Assembly (NCBI GenBank): GCA_964523735.1
Contig: CAZFYZ010000007.1
Coordinates: 1-58,722 of the forward strand
Reading direction: 5' to 3'
From: an uncultured bacterium
GTDB taxonomy: Bacteria > Armatimonadota > UBA5829
DNA: 58,722 nt
Position 1 is the stretch's first letter, and each line of letters begins with the position of its first letter. The translations under genes were made by a program, and so were the position numbers. The notes under the pieces are model-generated. The model did no database searches. It was not told where the DNA came from and was given only the letters and a program-made list of their open reading frames with translations. This document shows positions 36,501-44,537 of the stretch, piece by piece.

Positions 36501-37170
36501 CGAGGATCGCCATCTGTTCTTGCAGAGGCACGTTGGATGCGGCGGCGATTGCACCGATGTTCTTTATGGCTTCCGCCATCTGGGGTCCGGTTGTTTTGAA
36601 GACACCAACAGTCTGAGAAAGAGCGCCGGAGAACATCTTGGCCCACTCCGTGTCGGTCATGTCTTTGGCGAGTGGCTTGAAGATGCCGTATGCCGTGGTG
36701 AACGTCTCCACCATTTCCTGAGTTGTGGCCTTCGTGGCCTTGCCGGTAAGCGCCGCCATTGCGGCGAATGTGCCGACTGCTGTGTCGGAAAGACTCGCCA
36801 GCGCCGATTTCACATCGTAGGCCGCACCTATGAACTCGGCTTTGTTGGTCCCTGCCCATTGGTTTGTGAATGACTCCGCCGCGTCTTCCATTGCCCGGAA
36901 GTCTTTGACGCCAACTGATGCGAGTTCACCAAGAGCTTTCTGTGTTGCGGCGGTAGACGCCACCAGCGCAGTAGGCACCGCAAGAAGCGCAAGACCCGCA
37001 CCGACCATCATCGTGCCTTTCTCGATGAGGCCGAGGTTGCGGGTCATGTTCTCGCCAGCCTTGGCGACGGATGAGTCCAGCGATTCCATAGAGGACTGGA
37101 TGCGTGTCGCGTTGGCAGTGAATGCATCTTTGAGACTTACAATTATGCCGAGTCCAAGGTCACTCATCAT
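33556..37170 (-). CDS. tail tape measure protein
   Basis: 1204-aa ORF between the chaperone and baseplate genes. The N-terminal core LGELASVGVKDFRAMEDAAESFTNQWAGTNKAEFIGAAYDVKSAL is like the TP901-type TMP core. Long Ala/Gly/Ser-rich helical and hydrophobic segments. Confidence 0.9.
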   Translation of the reverse strand: MMSDLGLGIIVSLKDAFTANATRIQSSMESLDSSVAKAGENMTRNLGLIEKGTMMVGAGLALLAVPTALVASTAATQKALGELASVGVKDFRAMEDAAESFTNQWAGTNKAEFIGAAYDVKSALASLSDTAVGTFAAMAALTGKATKATTQEMVETFTTAYGIFKPLAKDMTDTEWAKMFSGALSQTVGVFKTTGPQMAEAIKNIGAIAAASNVPLQEQMAILGQLQTTMPGSEAGTLYKAFMMKVAEAGDELGLSFVDAGGRLKGILPILQEVKGKFPDLSQAAAQVKLKKAFGSDEAVRFLLQMSMGMDQLEGNIKSVGAAMKGGTAITLEMANAMNMDIGSQFALMKQQIQNLAEILGRTLLPVVIPVFQGISRFILRLQDMAKSTPGVTRAILTLCVALGAALVVVGSVTAAIGTIGIVMPAVQAGIAALGPMLAGVGAAVSAYFWPVVAIIATVVIAVVLLKRAWETNFGGIRDVVLGVWNKVSLAFQGIRALFSSLSGGGGQMSAELAKKLEAAGLMKFVTTVFQVYYRVRQFLTGLWDAFSSVFGSIRKILEPAIRAMTGAFSELGGAVLSVFAIFGKAATSVDSSSFRSLGQTLGKVLGVILQIGAHVLKFVIYPLVFVIRVVALVVRATLWLGGVIIGAFVAAAPYVYKFFLPLRMLVQGLLALGRVAYTVWQMITGNISVMDGLKSIGSAIYQYLSTPFAWVQDVASTTWGYLRGLFSGLSGFFRSAGSALLLVFTNLPIISTLSRVFGTIRAFLSGQLNLTEAGKKILITLAQGIWSAATYPFEMLKRALGWLRRLLPFSDAETGPLSSLTASGAALLRTLAQGMLSMVTFPAQALSYVFQRMLESVSWVWDGLKSIGSQVVSTLSGALSAGAQIASSAWNGITGTASAGWNAVISIGSSAYSSVSAPFRWVAGVAGSAWSRVAGSASYAWSGIRSMASSSIGWLRAPFASLVGFASSAWSTVRSAASSAFSSILSGARNLVANAFASGRSMMTTIASGIRSAMNVPYEAARSVLSRLRRLLPFSDAKEGPLSTLTRSGAALLEAFSSGIAGASKLPAQALRQAFGVAKSAVLPTAVAGTLALTPAIAGAIPEVTPSSVAIERAPVGEASGRQANRTRLLSITRGSLGSSQTTDTQAPSQDMRPILEAILAKLDGVAERPIDVTVTTNLDGRKIAQAVYKDMRERKVRNYESA

Positions 37171-37343
37171 TTGCGCGCACGCTCCAGTTCTTGTTTCTCA
37201 TAATCAAGCTGACGCTCAAGCGCCTCGACGAACTGCTGCCGGGTCTTGAGCGGAAGTCCTGCAACCTCCGCATACTCCCAGTGCAGCCCGCCATAGGCAA
37301 GAAAGAATGCGTCTCTTACAATCGAACTCCGGGGAACAAAAAA
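37167..37343 (-). CDS. -1 frame extension of the tail assembly chaperone (lambda G-T / P2 E-E' analogue)
   Basis: An ORF in the -1 frame overlaps the 3' end of the chaperone gene and ends with ATGA coupling to the tape measure start. The slippery heptamer lies in the overlap. Confidence 0.75.
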   Translation of the reverse strand, partial: FFVPRSSIVRDAFFLAYGGLHWEYAEVAGLPLKTRQQFVEALERQLDYEKQELERARK

Positions 37344-37993
37344 GAGGGTTCTGCCTCCAGGCGGGTGCGGATTCTCGTTCCGCACGACTCGCAGTCGCAT
37401 TCGATGGTTGTGTCGATACCTCCGTCTACGCGAAGCATCTCTGCTCTCAGAGCGCTGCGGTCCCGCATGGACATCTCAGCCAGGGCTTTCTTCGAGGGCG
37501 AATTGCTGTCTATATCCAGTATCCGAATCATCATGGCCGAGGAAATCGAGGGCTCCTGCATCTGCGCCAGCCGCTTCTCTTTGTGGCCGTCGAGATAGCC
37601 GAACCGGACCTTGGCTCCCGATGCTGGTAGGGTGAACACGAACTCCCGCTCCTCACCGTAAGGGGTGACGTTCAGATCATCTATGTTGATAGTCGCCCGG
37701 TTCTTAGCTCGGCAGGCAGGGTTGGGACAAGAAAGCTCAAGCTCGACTTCATCCCCGAGCGATATCTGGCGAAGCTTCACGAGAGTGAACAGCCTGTCGC
37801 CGGACAGCATATCCAGAATGACCCTGCTACCAATCTCATCGCTCTCACCGATCCGCAGTGTGCAGTTCGCGAGCGCCTGGTTCACGGCATCGCCGGATCT
37901 GATGAGACGCTGATTGGTTAGGATTTCCTCTTCCGCTCCGGTCATTTCCCGAAGCTCTATCTCATCACCGCTTGGCAGTTGGAATGTGTACAT
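37316..37993 (-). CDS. tail assembly chaperone (zero-frame product)
   Basis: 225-aa ORF between the tube and tape measure genes. Contains Cys pairs (CPNPAC...CDCESC). Position and frameshift architecture are diagnostic. Confidence 0.8.
   Translation of the reverse strand: MYTFQLPSGDEIELREMTGAEEEILTNQRLIRSGDAVNQALANCTLRIGESDEIGSRVILDMLSGDRLFTLVKLRQISLGDEVELELSCPNPACRAKNRATINIDDLNVTPYGEEREFVFTLPASGAKVRFGYLDGHKEKRLAQMQEPSISSAMMIRILDIDSNSPSKKALAEMSMRDRSALRAEMLRVDGGIDTTIECDCESCGTRIRTRLEAEPSFLFPGVRL
37337..37343 (-). promoter_or_regulatory. programmed -1 ribosomal frameshift slippery heptamer U UUU UUG
   Basis: The minus strand reads CCC UCU UUU UUG UUC in the zero frame. The X XXY YYZ heptamer lies 7 codons before the chaperone stop, and the -1 frame stays open for 58 further codons. 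Confidence 0.75.
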
Positions 37994-38008
37994 TTGCGCT
38001 CCCCCTTT

Positions 38009-38467
38009 CTAGTCCCACCACTGATAGCACAGGCTTATCTTCTCGATGGTATTGTCCGAGCTGCCGCCTTCGAGCTCATCGTATTCGAGTGATTTCACCC
38101 ACGCGCCATGCAGTGTCCAACGCCGGGTTTCGTTGCCTGAGCGGTCATAGCGAACGATATCGATGTCGCGCATATACTCTTCGGGCAGCGCTCCAACGCC
38201 AGCATTCACATCAGCCTGAAGCCGCACCCAGTCACGGGCGGCTTCATCTGACCCGTCGGCAAGCACGCCCTTTTCGAGAGTGATGTCCTCGAACTTCATG
38301 CGCCCTGCTACTTTCTGGTCGAACATCGAGCCCGCGGGGGCGAACGCCACCTCCTCGAACTCAGTCTTGGGTTCCTGGCCTTTCTTGAACAGAGCCACAT
38401 CGAAGCCGTTTATTTCAATGGCGAACTGCCAGTTCTGATACAGGCTCTGGGGCATTGTTGCTTCCAC
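38009..38467 (-). CDS. tail tube protein (T4 gp19-like family)
   Basis: FAIEINGFDVALFKKGQEPKTEFEEVAF..., KFEDITLEKGV and RRWTLHGAWVKSLEYDELEGGSSDNTIEKISLCY follow the tube pattern. The stop and start of the sheath and tube genes overlap. Confidence 0.85.
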   Translation of the reverse strand: MEATMPQSLYQNWQFAIEINGFDVALFKKGQEPKTEFEEVAFAPAGSMFDQKVAGRMKFEDITLEKGVLADGSDEAARDWVRLQADVNAGVGALPEEYMRDIDIVRYDRSGNETRRWTLHGAWVKSLEYDELEGGSSDNTIEKISLCYQWWD

Positions 38468-40314
38468 TAGATCACCTCCCGAAAAGCCGCGCCGGTCGCA
38501 GTCAGAATGAAGTTGAGCTCCACAAACTCGGCAGTCCTTGTGGGTTTCACGAACACCCGGCAGACCATCTGATTGGAGTCAATCATCTGTGCGGTATTGG
38601 TCTCATCATCACACTGCACGCGGAAGTCGTAGAACCCGCCCTTGCTCTTGATATTCTGCAGGAACGGTGTGATAAGCCTTACCAGCGCGCGCCACGTCTG
38701 CGAGTTGTTGGGTTCGAAGACCACGAACCGGGACGACTGTGAGATTGCTTCTTCCACATACATCATCAGACGGCGCACGTTGATGCGGTCAGTTGCGGAA
38801 GGCTGGCTCTGCAGCGTCCTCTGTCCCCATACGTTGATACCAGTGTCTGTAAACGACGCGATCACGTTGACACCTTCAGGATAGAGAACATCCCGTTCGC
38901 CGCGACTGGTCTTGTAGGCCAGAGATAGGGCATTGAAGACACGCCCCCTGTCGATACCGGCCGGTGCATACCAGACTTCAGCTTTCTCATCGCTCCTGGC
39001 TATACAGCCAGCGACGGCACCGGTGGGGGGCACAAGCTTCTTCTTGCCGTTGAGCGGATCGGAGATCTCTATCCACGGATAGTAAAGTGCCGCGTACGAC
39101 GAGTTGAAGGCTGCGTGGGTGTAGAGGCCCTGACCTTTTCGGAAGTCGACCACCTCAAGCGGTTCAAGGTAAATCGGTGCCTCGGCGATAAACAGCAGGT
39201 CCTTGCGGCCCTCTGCATAGGCGATACCGGCGTGGATCACCTGTGCTGTGGTGACGCCCGGTATGACTAGGATGTTCAGCGCGTCGATCTCATCGAACGC
39301 GTATAAGCCAGTATGAATTGCTGGCTCCCCTATATAATCGGAGTCTTGTATATTGGCTACGCCGTCTTCGCCGTCAGTGAGCCCATATCCACCTACCGCA
39401 GGGCGCTTCAGCGCAGTGGTGACAGGCACTTCCAGATCACGGATTGTTACAAACTCCGAGATCTCGTTTACGGCTGTCTCCACATATCGGGGGTGGTTGG
39501 GGTCCATCGACAAGTCCTTGAATACCTCAACTACCTCATCTCCCAGTCGCACTGTCAGATTGAAGAGGATGGTCGCATCAAGAGTGCTGTCGGCTATTTC
39601 AACTCTCAGTTCATCTCCCCAAGCGCCTTCGCTAAGTGCGCTGACTTCGACTGCACTGCGACCATCTATGCCGCCGCTCAGCGATGTTAGGCCGACGCCG
39701 CTAACCTCGTCAAAGTCTATACCGACGGCCTGGACGAGTAGAGAGGCGGCTGGATCCGCATTCACCGCATTTGTCACGGCGAAGACAGTGCTGGTGGCCA
39801 CCCCCGATCCATTGGTGGCCAGGTTGACCGTGATCGCCTGTTCGCTCACGCTGACAGAGAGCTCGGTGTCTATTCCGGACTCGACCAGTGTGATTCGTAT
39901 GCTGTTCCCGGCTAAACCGACTGTTCTGGCTCGCCAGGTGATCTGATTGACACCAGCTGTTCCGGTGGTGGCCGATGCGGCCACGCCTTCGCGGTTCATC
40001 AGAGTTGCCTGTGATTTGGCCGCCAGTAGACTGGTGGGTTCAGATTGGATCTGATAGTGCGCCACGCGGTTCACGTAGAGCACTTGTCCGCCGTTATCGA
40101 AGAACGATCTCGCTGCATAGGCAAGATAGCCGTCGTTGGTGTAGGAGCCGAACTTACGGATAAACTGCTCCCAGCTCGTGACCAGCGTGGGCTTGTTGAT
40201 TGGCCCTTTCTCCGCGATCCCGATCATACCGCACGCGGATGTGGAGATCTGCTTTATGTAGAAACTGAAATCCGTTTCCCGGGTATAGACTCCGGGCGAA
40301 AGATATGATGGCAT
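38467..40314 (-). CDS. contractile tail sheath protein
   Basis: MPSYLSPGVYTRETDFS...GMIGIAEKGPINKPTLVTSWEQFIRKFG is the canonical sheath N-terminus. The C-terminal INVIASF...GINVWGQRTL motif is present. Confidence 0.95.
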   Translation of the reverse strand: MPSYLSPGVYTRETDFSFYIKQISTSACGMIGIAEKGPINKPTLVTSWEQFIRKFGSYTNDGYLAYAARSFFDNGGQVLYVNRVAHYQIQSEPTSLLAAKSQATLMNREGVAASATTGTAGVNQITWRARTVGLAGNSIRITLVESGIDTELSVSVSEQAITVNLATNGSGVATSTVFAVTNAVNADPAASLLVQAVGIDFDEVSGVGLTSLSGGIDGRSAVEVSALSEGAWGDELRVEIADSTLDATILFNLTVRLGDEVVEVFKDLSMDPNHPRYVETAVNEISEFVTIRDLEVPVTTALKRPAVGGYGLTDGEDGVANIQDSDYIGEPAIHTGLYAFDEIDALNILVIPGVTTAQVIHAGIAYAEGRKDLLFIAEAPIYLEPLEVVDFRKGQGLYTHAAFNSSYAALYYPWIEISDPLNGKKKLVPPTGAVAGCIARSDEKAEVWYAPAGIDRGRVFNALSLAYKTSRGERDVLYPEGVNVIASFTDTGINVWGQRTLQSQPSATDRINVRRLMMYVEEAISQSSRFVVFEPNNSQTWRALVRLITPFLQNIKSKGGFYDFRVQCDDETNTAQMIDSNQMVCRVFVKPTRTAEFVELNFILTATGAAFREVI

Positions 40315-40317
40315 CTC

Positions 40318-40680
40318 CTATCTCCGTTTCTTTGTTCTTGTCTCGACTTTGGTGTCAGGGTCCGCGGCATCACTGTCGTTTACTAAGGTGGTCGCGAGTT
40401 GATCCGGTTCTTCTCCGGTCACCATCTCCCCGTTTGGTTGGGCCGCAGCCTCCGGCGGGGACAAGCTGTCGTCGCTGATCATAGGCGGCCCCTCAGGTTG
40501 ATCAGCCTGCTCCAACACTCTCAGATCGATTAGCCCACGCTTGGCGGCGATCCGAATCTCCTCGGACACCTGGGCGTCTCTGACAGTCTTGCGCTCTCGG
40601 CAGCCGAGGTGCAATCCACTCTGTCTGCCTGCAAGCTGGAATGCTAATGGTTGGGAAAGTAAATTGCGTATCTCAATCAA
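40318..40680 (-). CDS. hypothetical protein (120 aa; small N-terminal domain plus acidic tail)
   Basis: Clean ORF immediately upstream of the sheath gene. It resembles the 42933-43274 product in its N-terminal ~50 aa. Confidence 0.5.
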   Translation of the reverse strand: MIEIRNLLSQPLAFQLAGRQSGLHLGCRERKTVRDAQVSEEIRIAAKRGLIDLRVLEQADQPEGPPMISDDSLSPPEAAAQPNGEMVTGEEPDQLATTLVNDSDAADPDTKVETRTKKRR

Positions 40681-41210
40681 GGTGTCTCTCCTGTATTCTC
40701 AATTTCTATCTTCACACCGGTCGCGAGCTTACCGGTGATCACTCTGCCATCGTAAACGGGGCAGTCCTCAATCCGGCATTTACCGGATGCCTGCCGCATG
40801 TTCGAGAGGTTTACTCGCTTGAGTCCACCGAGCGGCACAAGCTCGGTGATGTTGAGTGCTCCGTGTTCTCCGATCACAAGCATTGGGTGAAGCTGATAGA
40901 ACCGCTCTACCTTTTCGGTCAGGTCGAGCAGGTCGGCTTCCTTGCCGGTGGTCACGATGACGTCGAAGTCCAGATGATACAGCCGCGGATGGCGGCATTG
41001 CTCAAATGAGAGGTCAGTCTGGTTGCGGCGAACTAGCATTGCCAGTGTTCGCCTGTCGCCGTTCTCTGTGAGAGTCGGACCCTGCAGGATGATGCTAGGC
41101 ACATTCGACACTTCGAACATATCATCCGATGCGACAAGCACAGCGCCTGCGTGTATCTCAGACTTTGCGAGTCGAACCAGTGACTCGACTACCTCGCGCA
41201 TCATTTCCAA
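40677..41210 (-). CDS. putative tail completion / neck protein
   Basis: 177-aa ORF between the connector genes and the sheath gene. Assigned by position only. Confidence 0.45.
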   Translation of the reverse strand: MEMMREVVESLVRLAKSEIHAGAVLVASDDMFEVSNVPSIILQGPTLTENGDRRTLAMLVRRNQTDLSFEQCRHPRLYHLDFDVIVTTGKEADLLDLTEKVERFYQLHPMLVIGEHGALNITELVPLGGLKRVNLSNMRQASGKCRIEDCPVYDGRVITGKLATGVKIEIENTGETP

Positions 41211-41211
41211 C

Positions 41212-41652
41212 TTACTGGGCCTTTATCGAGTATTCCAAGGCGACCGATTCGCCCTCAGCGATAGTCTGTCCCAATTCAAAGATCAGCTGTCCAGTATCAA
41301 GCGCGGGAGTCACTGGCTGGCCGTTCACTTTCGCAGAGCCAGCCACAAAAGCAAAAAGAGCGGGTATGGCCACCTTGTATCTGTTGACCTTGATAGGCTG
41401 GACCACTGTTATGGTGGCGCTCGCCGTTGTGGTTCTAGCCGTTCCGTATTCGTCTTCCCACTCGGCCTCGGCGGTCAGAGTGATGGGGTCTCGCGGTGCA
41501 AGTGTGTTCTTCAGGCTCACCGCCATCGCCACCGGAGCACCGGCCTTAGTCTTTGCCGACGCCGGGGTGGTGGTTACCTGCAGTGACTCAGCATTGCATG
41601 TTGTCGCCGCCAAAAGAAGCACAAGCGCAAGTATCGATCTGATTAACCTCAT
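41212..41652 (-). CDS. Sec-signal-bearing beta-rich protein (146 aa) embedded in the connector module
   Basis: MRLIRSILALVLLLAATTCNA-ES is an N-terminal signal peptide with an AxA-like cleavage site. The mature part is a beta-rich, DUF11/CARDB-like sequence. Confidence 0.6.
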   Translation of the reverse strand: MRLIRSILALVLLLAATTCNAESLQVTTTPASAKTKAGAPVAMAVSLKNTLAPRDPITLTAEAEWEDEYGTARTTTASATITVVQPIKVNRYKVAIPALFAFVAGSAKVNGQPVTPALDTGQLIFELGQTIAEGESVALEYSIKAQ

Positions 41653-41663
41653 ATCATCCTTTC

Positions 41664-42152
41664 TCAGTTCAGAACGGAGAGCAGAGCCTCTCGGTAGTTG
41701 GTCATCACTTCATCGCGGTATCTGAGCATCGTCGGATGCAGAAACGGCCTTGGCGGGATCACGATCACGGCCCCGGACGGGTGGTTGATGGTCGCGCCAT
41801 ACTCCATGATCGCGCCGATATTGGCGACGCTCTCACCGTCCTTGGAGATGCTGGTCCGCAGCAGCCCGACGAACGCTCCATCGGAGAGTATCTTCTGTGT
41901 GATGGAGTTCACCAGGAACCCTGTATCTATGAGCGCCTTCGAGGAACCTTTGCGATCTATGGTCACCTGGGCAAGAGGCGCGAACTGCTGCCCACCCGGG
42001 GCCTGGCTGCGTATCCCTCGCTTTATCTCCCGCACCAAAAGCAGTGCATTCTTAATGGTCGCTTTTCGGATCGCCAGCGCCAGCCGCTGATTGAACCCAT
42101 TCGCCAGTAGCCGCTTGGCCTTGTCCCAGTCTCCGAAACGGCTAATCTCCAT
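41664..42152 (-). CDS. HK97 gp10-family head-tail connector protein
   Basis: KATIKNALLLVREIKRGIRS..., IDTGFLVNSIT and IMEYGAT...IPPRPFL follow the gp10 family pattern. Confidence 0.7.
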   Translation of the reverse strand: MEISRFGDWDKAKRLLANGFNQRLALAIRKATIKNALLLVREIKRGIRSQAPGGQQFAPLAQVTIDRKGSSKALIDTGFLVNSITQKILSDGAFVGLLRTSISKDGESVANIGAIMEYGATINHPSGAVIVIPPRPFLHPTMLRYRDEVMTNYREALLSVLN

Positions 42153-42537
42153 GCAGTGTCACCAGTTCCAGGATCTTATGCGTCTGGATCCCGAAAAGTG
42201 ACTGCGGCGCAACAGTCTGCACCCGGTAGTCACAGCTTACAAAACGAACACGATCCTCCACGCGAACATCAAGCTCCGGGAGAACACAAGCCAGCGCATC
42301 AGTCTTCTGAGCAATGTCTGCTGCCGGAGTTACGGATAGCTCAAGACTGAACGCGCAAACCTCGGCAAACTCGCCCTCGTCGGAACCATACAGGCTTTCA
42401 CCAATCTGCTTTCGCAGCAGTGTTGCCGTCTGACCCGAGGAGATGATGAGTTCCCTCACATCCTCGGCAGCAGATGCTTTCTCCACATCAGAGAGTAGTT
42501 TCAAGGTCGATTCCCTGCTCGTAGGCAATTGGCGCAA
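42142..42537 (-). CDS. putative head-tail adaptor protein
   Basis: 131-aa ORF overlapping both neighbours in the connector module. Position only. Confidence 0.45.
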   Translation of the reverse strand: MRQLPTSRESTLKLLSDVEKASAAEDVRELIISSGQTATLLRKQIGESLYGSDEGEFAEVCAFSLELSVTPAADIAQKTDALACVLPELDVRVEDRVRFVSCDYRVQTVAPQSLFGIQTHKILELVTLHGD

Positions 42538-42946
42538 GTCCCTTTGGCGTCAGGATGTGGTCATCTGCGATGCTCTCCGGTCTTATCCCAGCCAGTCGCG
42601 CGCGGTAAGTCGTGGTAAGATCGCTTTCGAGCTTCGCCCAGTGTTCCGACTGGCTCGTCTTATCCACCCGCTTATCACCCGAAGAAAACGAGAAGGCATT
42701 CGCGGTCGCCCCCCGCATGAACTGGCACGCCGCGATCTGTGCATGCAAGATCAGTAGCTCAAGCACTTCACCTTGCGGCTCCGGGGTTATCTCGCCGTCG
42801 GAAACGGTCATCTGCGTTCCGGTGTCCCTGCCGACCGGGAATACGCTCTTCAAGACGCAGCGCGTGAGCACCTCATCCGAGAAACGCTCGGCACCCGGGT
42901 CGGCAAGGTCCGTTCTCAGGATCGATACCAGATCACTTACTGGCAC
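42488..42946 (-). CDS. putative head-tail connector (head completion) protein
   Basis: 152-aa ORF downstream of the capsid gene. Position only. Confidence 0.45.
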   Translation of the reverse strand: MPVSDLVSILRTDLADPGAERFSDEVLTRCVLKSVFPVGRDTGTQMTVSDGEITPEPQGEVLELLILHAQIAACQFMRGATANAFSFSSGDKRVDKTSQSEHWAKLESDLTTTYRARLAGIRPESIADDHILTPKGLAPIAYEQGIDLETTL

Positions 42947-43274
42947 TCTTCACCCCGGAACTGGTTCCTGCGGATGCGCCGTCGTCTTTGCCTGTATCCT
43001 TAGCCTCGCCGCTGCCTGCGATTTGCGCGCCTGAATCATCGGGCGCAGGCTTACCGGTGGCAGTTGTCTCCGGCTTTATCTCCGCTGCTTTGTGCTGGGC
43101 CTTGGGTTTGGGCTTGCCCTCGTTGTCGCTATCCGTACGCAGAAGCCCGGCATCGACTGCCGAGATCATCTGCGGTGTGAGTTTCTCCACCGGCACTGTC
43201 TCTCCCGGCGCGAGCTTGAGTCCGGCGTCGGCAATAATGACTATGCCAGCGCGGACATTCTTAACCTTTATCAA
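42933..43274 (-). CDS. hypothetical protein (113 aa; small N-terminal domain plus low-complexity tail)
   Basis: Clean ORF directly after the capsid gene. The C-terminal half is Lys/Pro/Gly/Asp-rich. Confidence 0.5.
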   Translation of the reverse strand: MIKVKNVRAGIVIIADAGLKLAPGETVPVEKLTPQMISAVDAGLLRTDSDNEGKPKPKAQHKAAEIKPETTATGKPAPDDSGAQIAGSGEAKDTGKDDGASAGTSSGVKSASK

Positions 43275-43285
43275 GTCAGCCCTCC

Positions 43286-44149
43286 TTACGGCAGTATCTT
43301 TATCTTCGCGAGAATCTCGGGGCGAGTGATGCCCTGACCGAGTTCAGTCCAGACGAGCCAACCAGTCTTGAAGCGGGTCTTCTGCTCGATAGCCTCGGTC
43401 TTCAGGGACTCGCGAATAGGCATCTTGCCTACCTCGTCGTCCGGCAGCAGCAGAATCTCGCTCATATCGGCGGATGCAGTCAGCATAATGCCACCCGTGC
43501 CGTAGTTCTTGATGACACCCTTTGTGCGCAGTTCGGCGCGTGTCTCCGGGTCAAGATCCCAGTCGCGCATGTCGTTGAAGCGCCGCCCGCGCATCACGAT
43601 GTACTTGACCGAGAGCTCAAGGTCCTCGATGATCGAGATGGCCTCGTTAAGGGCGTCGTCGGTGAGCTTGCCACCGGTGACCTCGATTGTGTTCGCTGCG
43701 GGCACTGCTGCAGAGAGGACCGTGAGTGTTCTCTTGTCGACCTCCTTACGAATCTCGTCGGCCGCCGAGGTCTGTATGTCCATCAGGGTGCCGATATTGC
43801 CGTTCTTGAGGACACTCACATCGACCATTGGAGTCGAGTGAATCCGGTTGGTCGGGAACTCGACTTCGTCCTGTCCGAGTTCCTGCTCGCGGGCCTCGCC
43901 CTCCGTACTGATCCAGTAAGCCTTTACCTTGGGCTTCTTCTGGTAGATCGGGCGCTCGCCTTTCGGGAGAGTGTGCTGGGTGAGAAGAAGCGAGGTGATT
44001 TCCTTGCGCTTTATCTCCTCGTCGATGGGAGCCGCTATCGCTGCCGCCAGCGCACGCATCCCATCGGGAGACTCCAGGGCTTCGCTCATCAGGCGAGCCA
44101 TAGTCTCCATGTATTCCTGGCTGTGAATATTCACCTGGGTCGGTTCCAC
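43286..44149 (-). CDS. major capsid protein (HK97-fold type, no delta domain)
   Basis: 287-aa ORF after a DUF2190-like decoration gene and a scaffold gene, matching the lambda C/Nu3-D-E gene order. Size and composition are typical. No diagnostic motif was verified. Confidence 0.7.
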   Translation of the reverse strand: MEPTQVNIHSQEYMETMARLMSEALESPDGMRALAAAIAAPIDEEIKRKEITSLLLTQHTLPKGERPIYQKKPKVKAYWISTEGEAREQELGQDEVEFPTNRIHSTPMVDVSVLKNGNIGTLMDIQTSAADEIRKEVDKRTLTVLSAAVPAANTIEVTGGKLTDDALNEAISIIEDLELSVKYIVMRGRRFNDMRDWDLDPETRAELRTKGVIKNYGTGGIMLTASADMSEILLLPDDEVGKMPIRESLKTEAIEQKTRFKTGWLVWTELGQGITRPEILAKIKILP

Positions 44150-44163
44150 TTATACCTCCGTCC

Positions 44164-44526
44164 TTAGATCAAGAGGCGGAACTTCAGCGTCCCGCTCGAA
44201 GCAGATATGGCCTCCGCGACGACCTGGTCGCCTACGCCTACGCCTGCGGTGAGTTTGCCGCCTGCGGAAACCTTGAGATCGTCACCCGCGTTGATGTTGC
44301 CCTCGTAGACGTCGGTCTCATAAACACCGCCCATGCAGAAGACGCCGGGCATCTCGCCTGCCTTGTAATCCTTTATGAGGACGCCGAAGCTCTTTGCAGC
44401 CGGGTCAGTGTTGACGGCGAAGAGGTCGTTGCCAACCAGCTTCACGAACTGGCCGCACGACCCCGCGCTCTGCATGTATCCGTCGCCGTAAGCGAGCCCT
44501 CGATGATTTGGGTTGAGAAATGGCAC
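44164..44526 (-). CDS. head decoration protein (DUF2190-like)
   Basis: 120-aa ORF. GQFVKLVGNDLFAV, GVLIKDYKAGEMPGVFCMGGVY, INAGDDLKVSAGGKL and VAEAISASSGTLKFRL fit the DUF2190 pattern. Confidence 0.7.
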   Translation of the reverse strand: MPFLNPNHRGLAYGDGYMQSAGSCGQFVKLVGNDLFAVNTDPAAKSFGVLIKDYKAGEMPGVFCMGGVYETDVYEGNINAGDDLKVSAGGKLTAGVGVGDQVVAEAISASSGTLKFRLLI

Positions 44527-44537
44527 GATGAACCTCC

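Noticed and set aside
41212-41652. Possible lipoprotein lipobox (LAATTC) in the signal peptide of the connector-module protein.
   Set aside because: The residue before Cys is Thr rather than Gly/Ala/Ser, so it does not fit the lipobox consensus. Annotated as an ordinary Sec signal with an AxA-type site instead.
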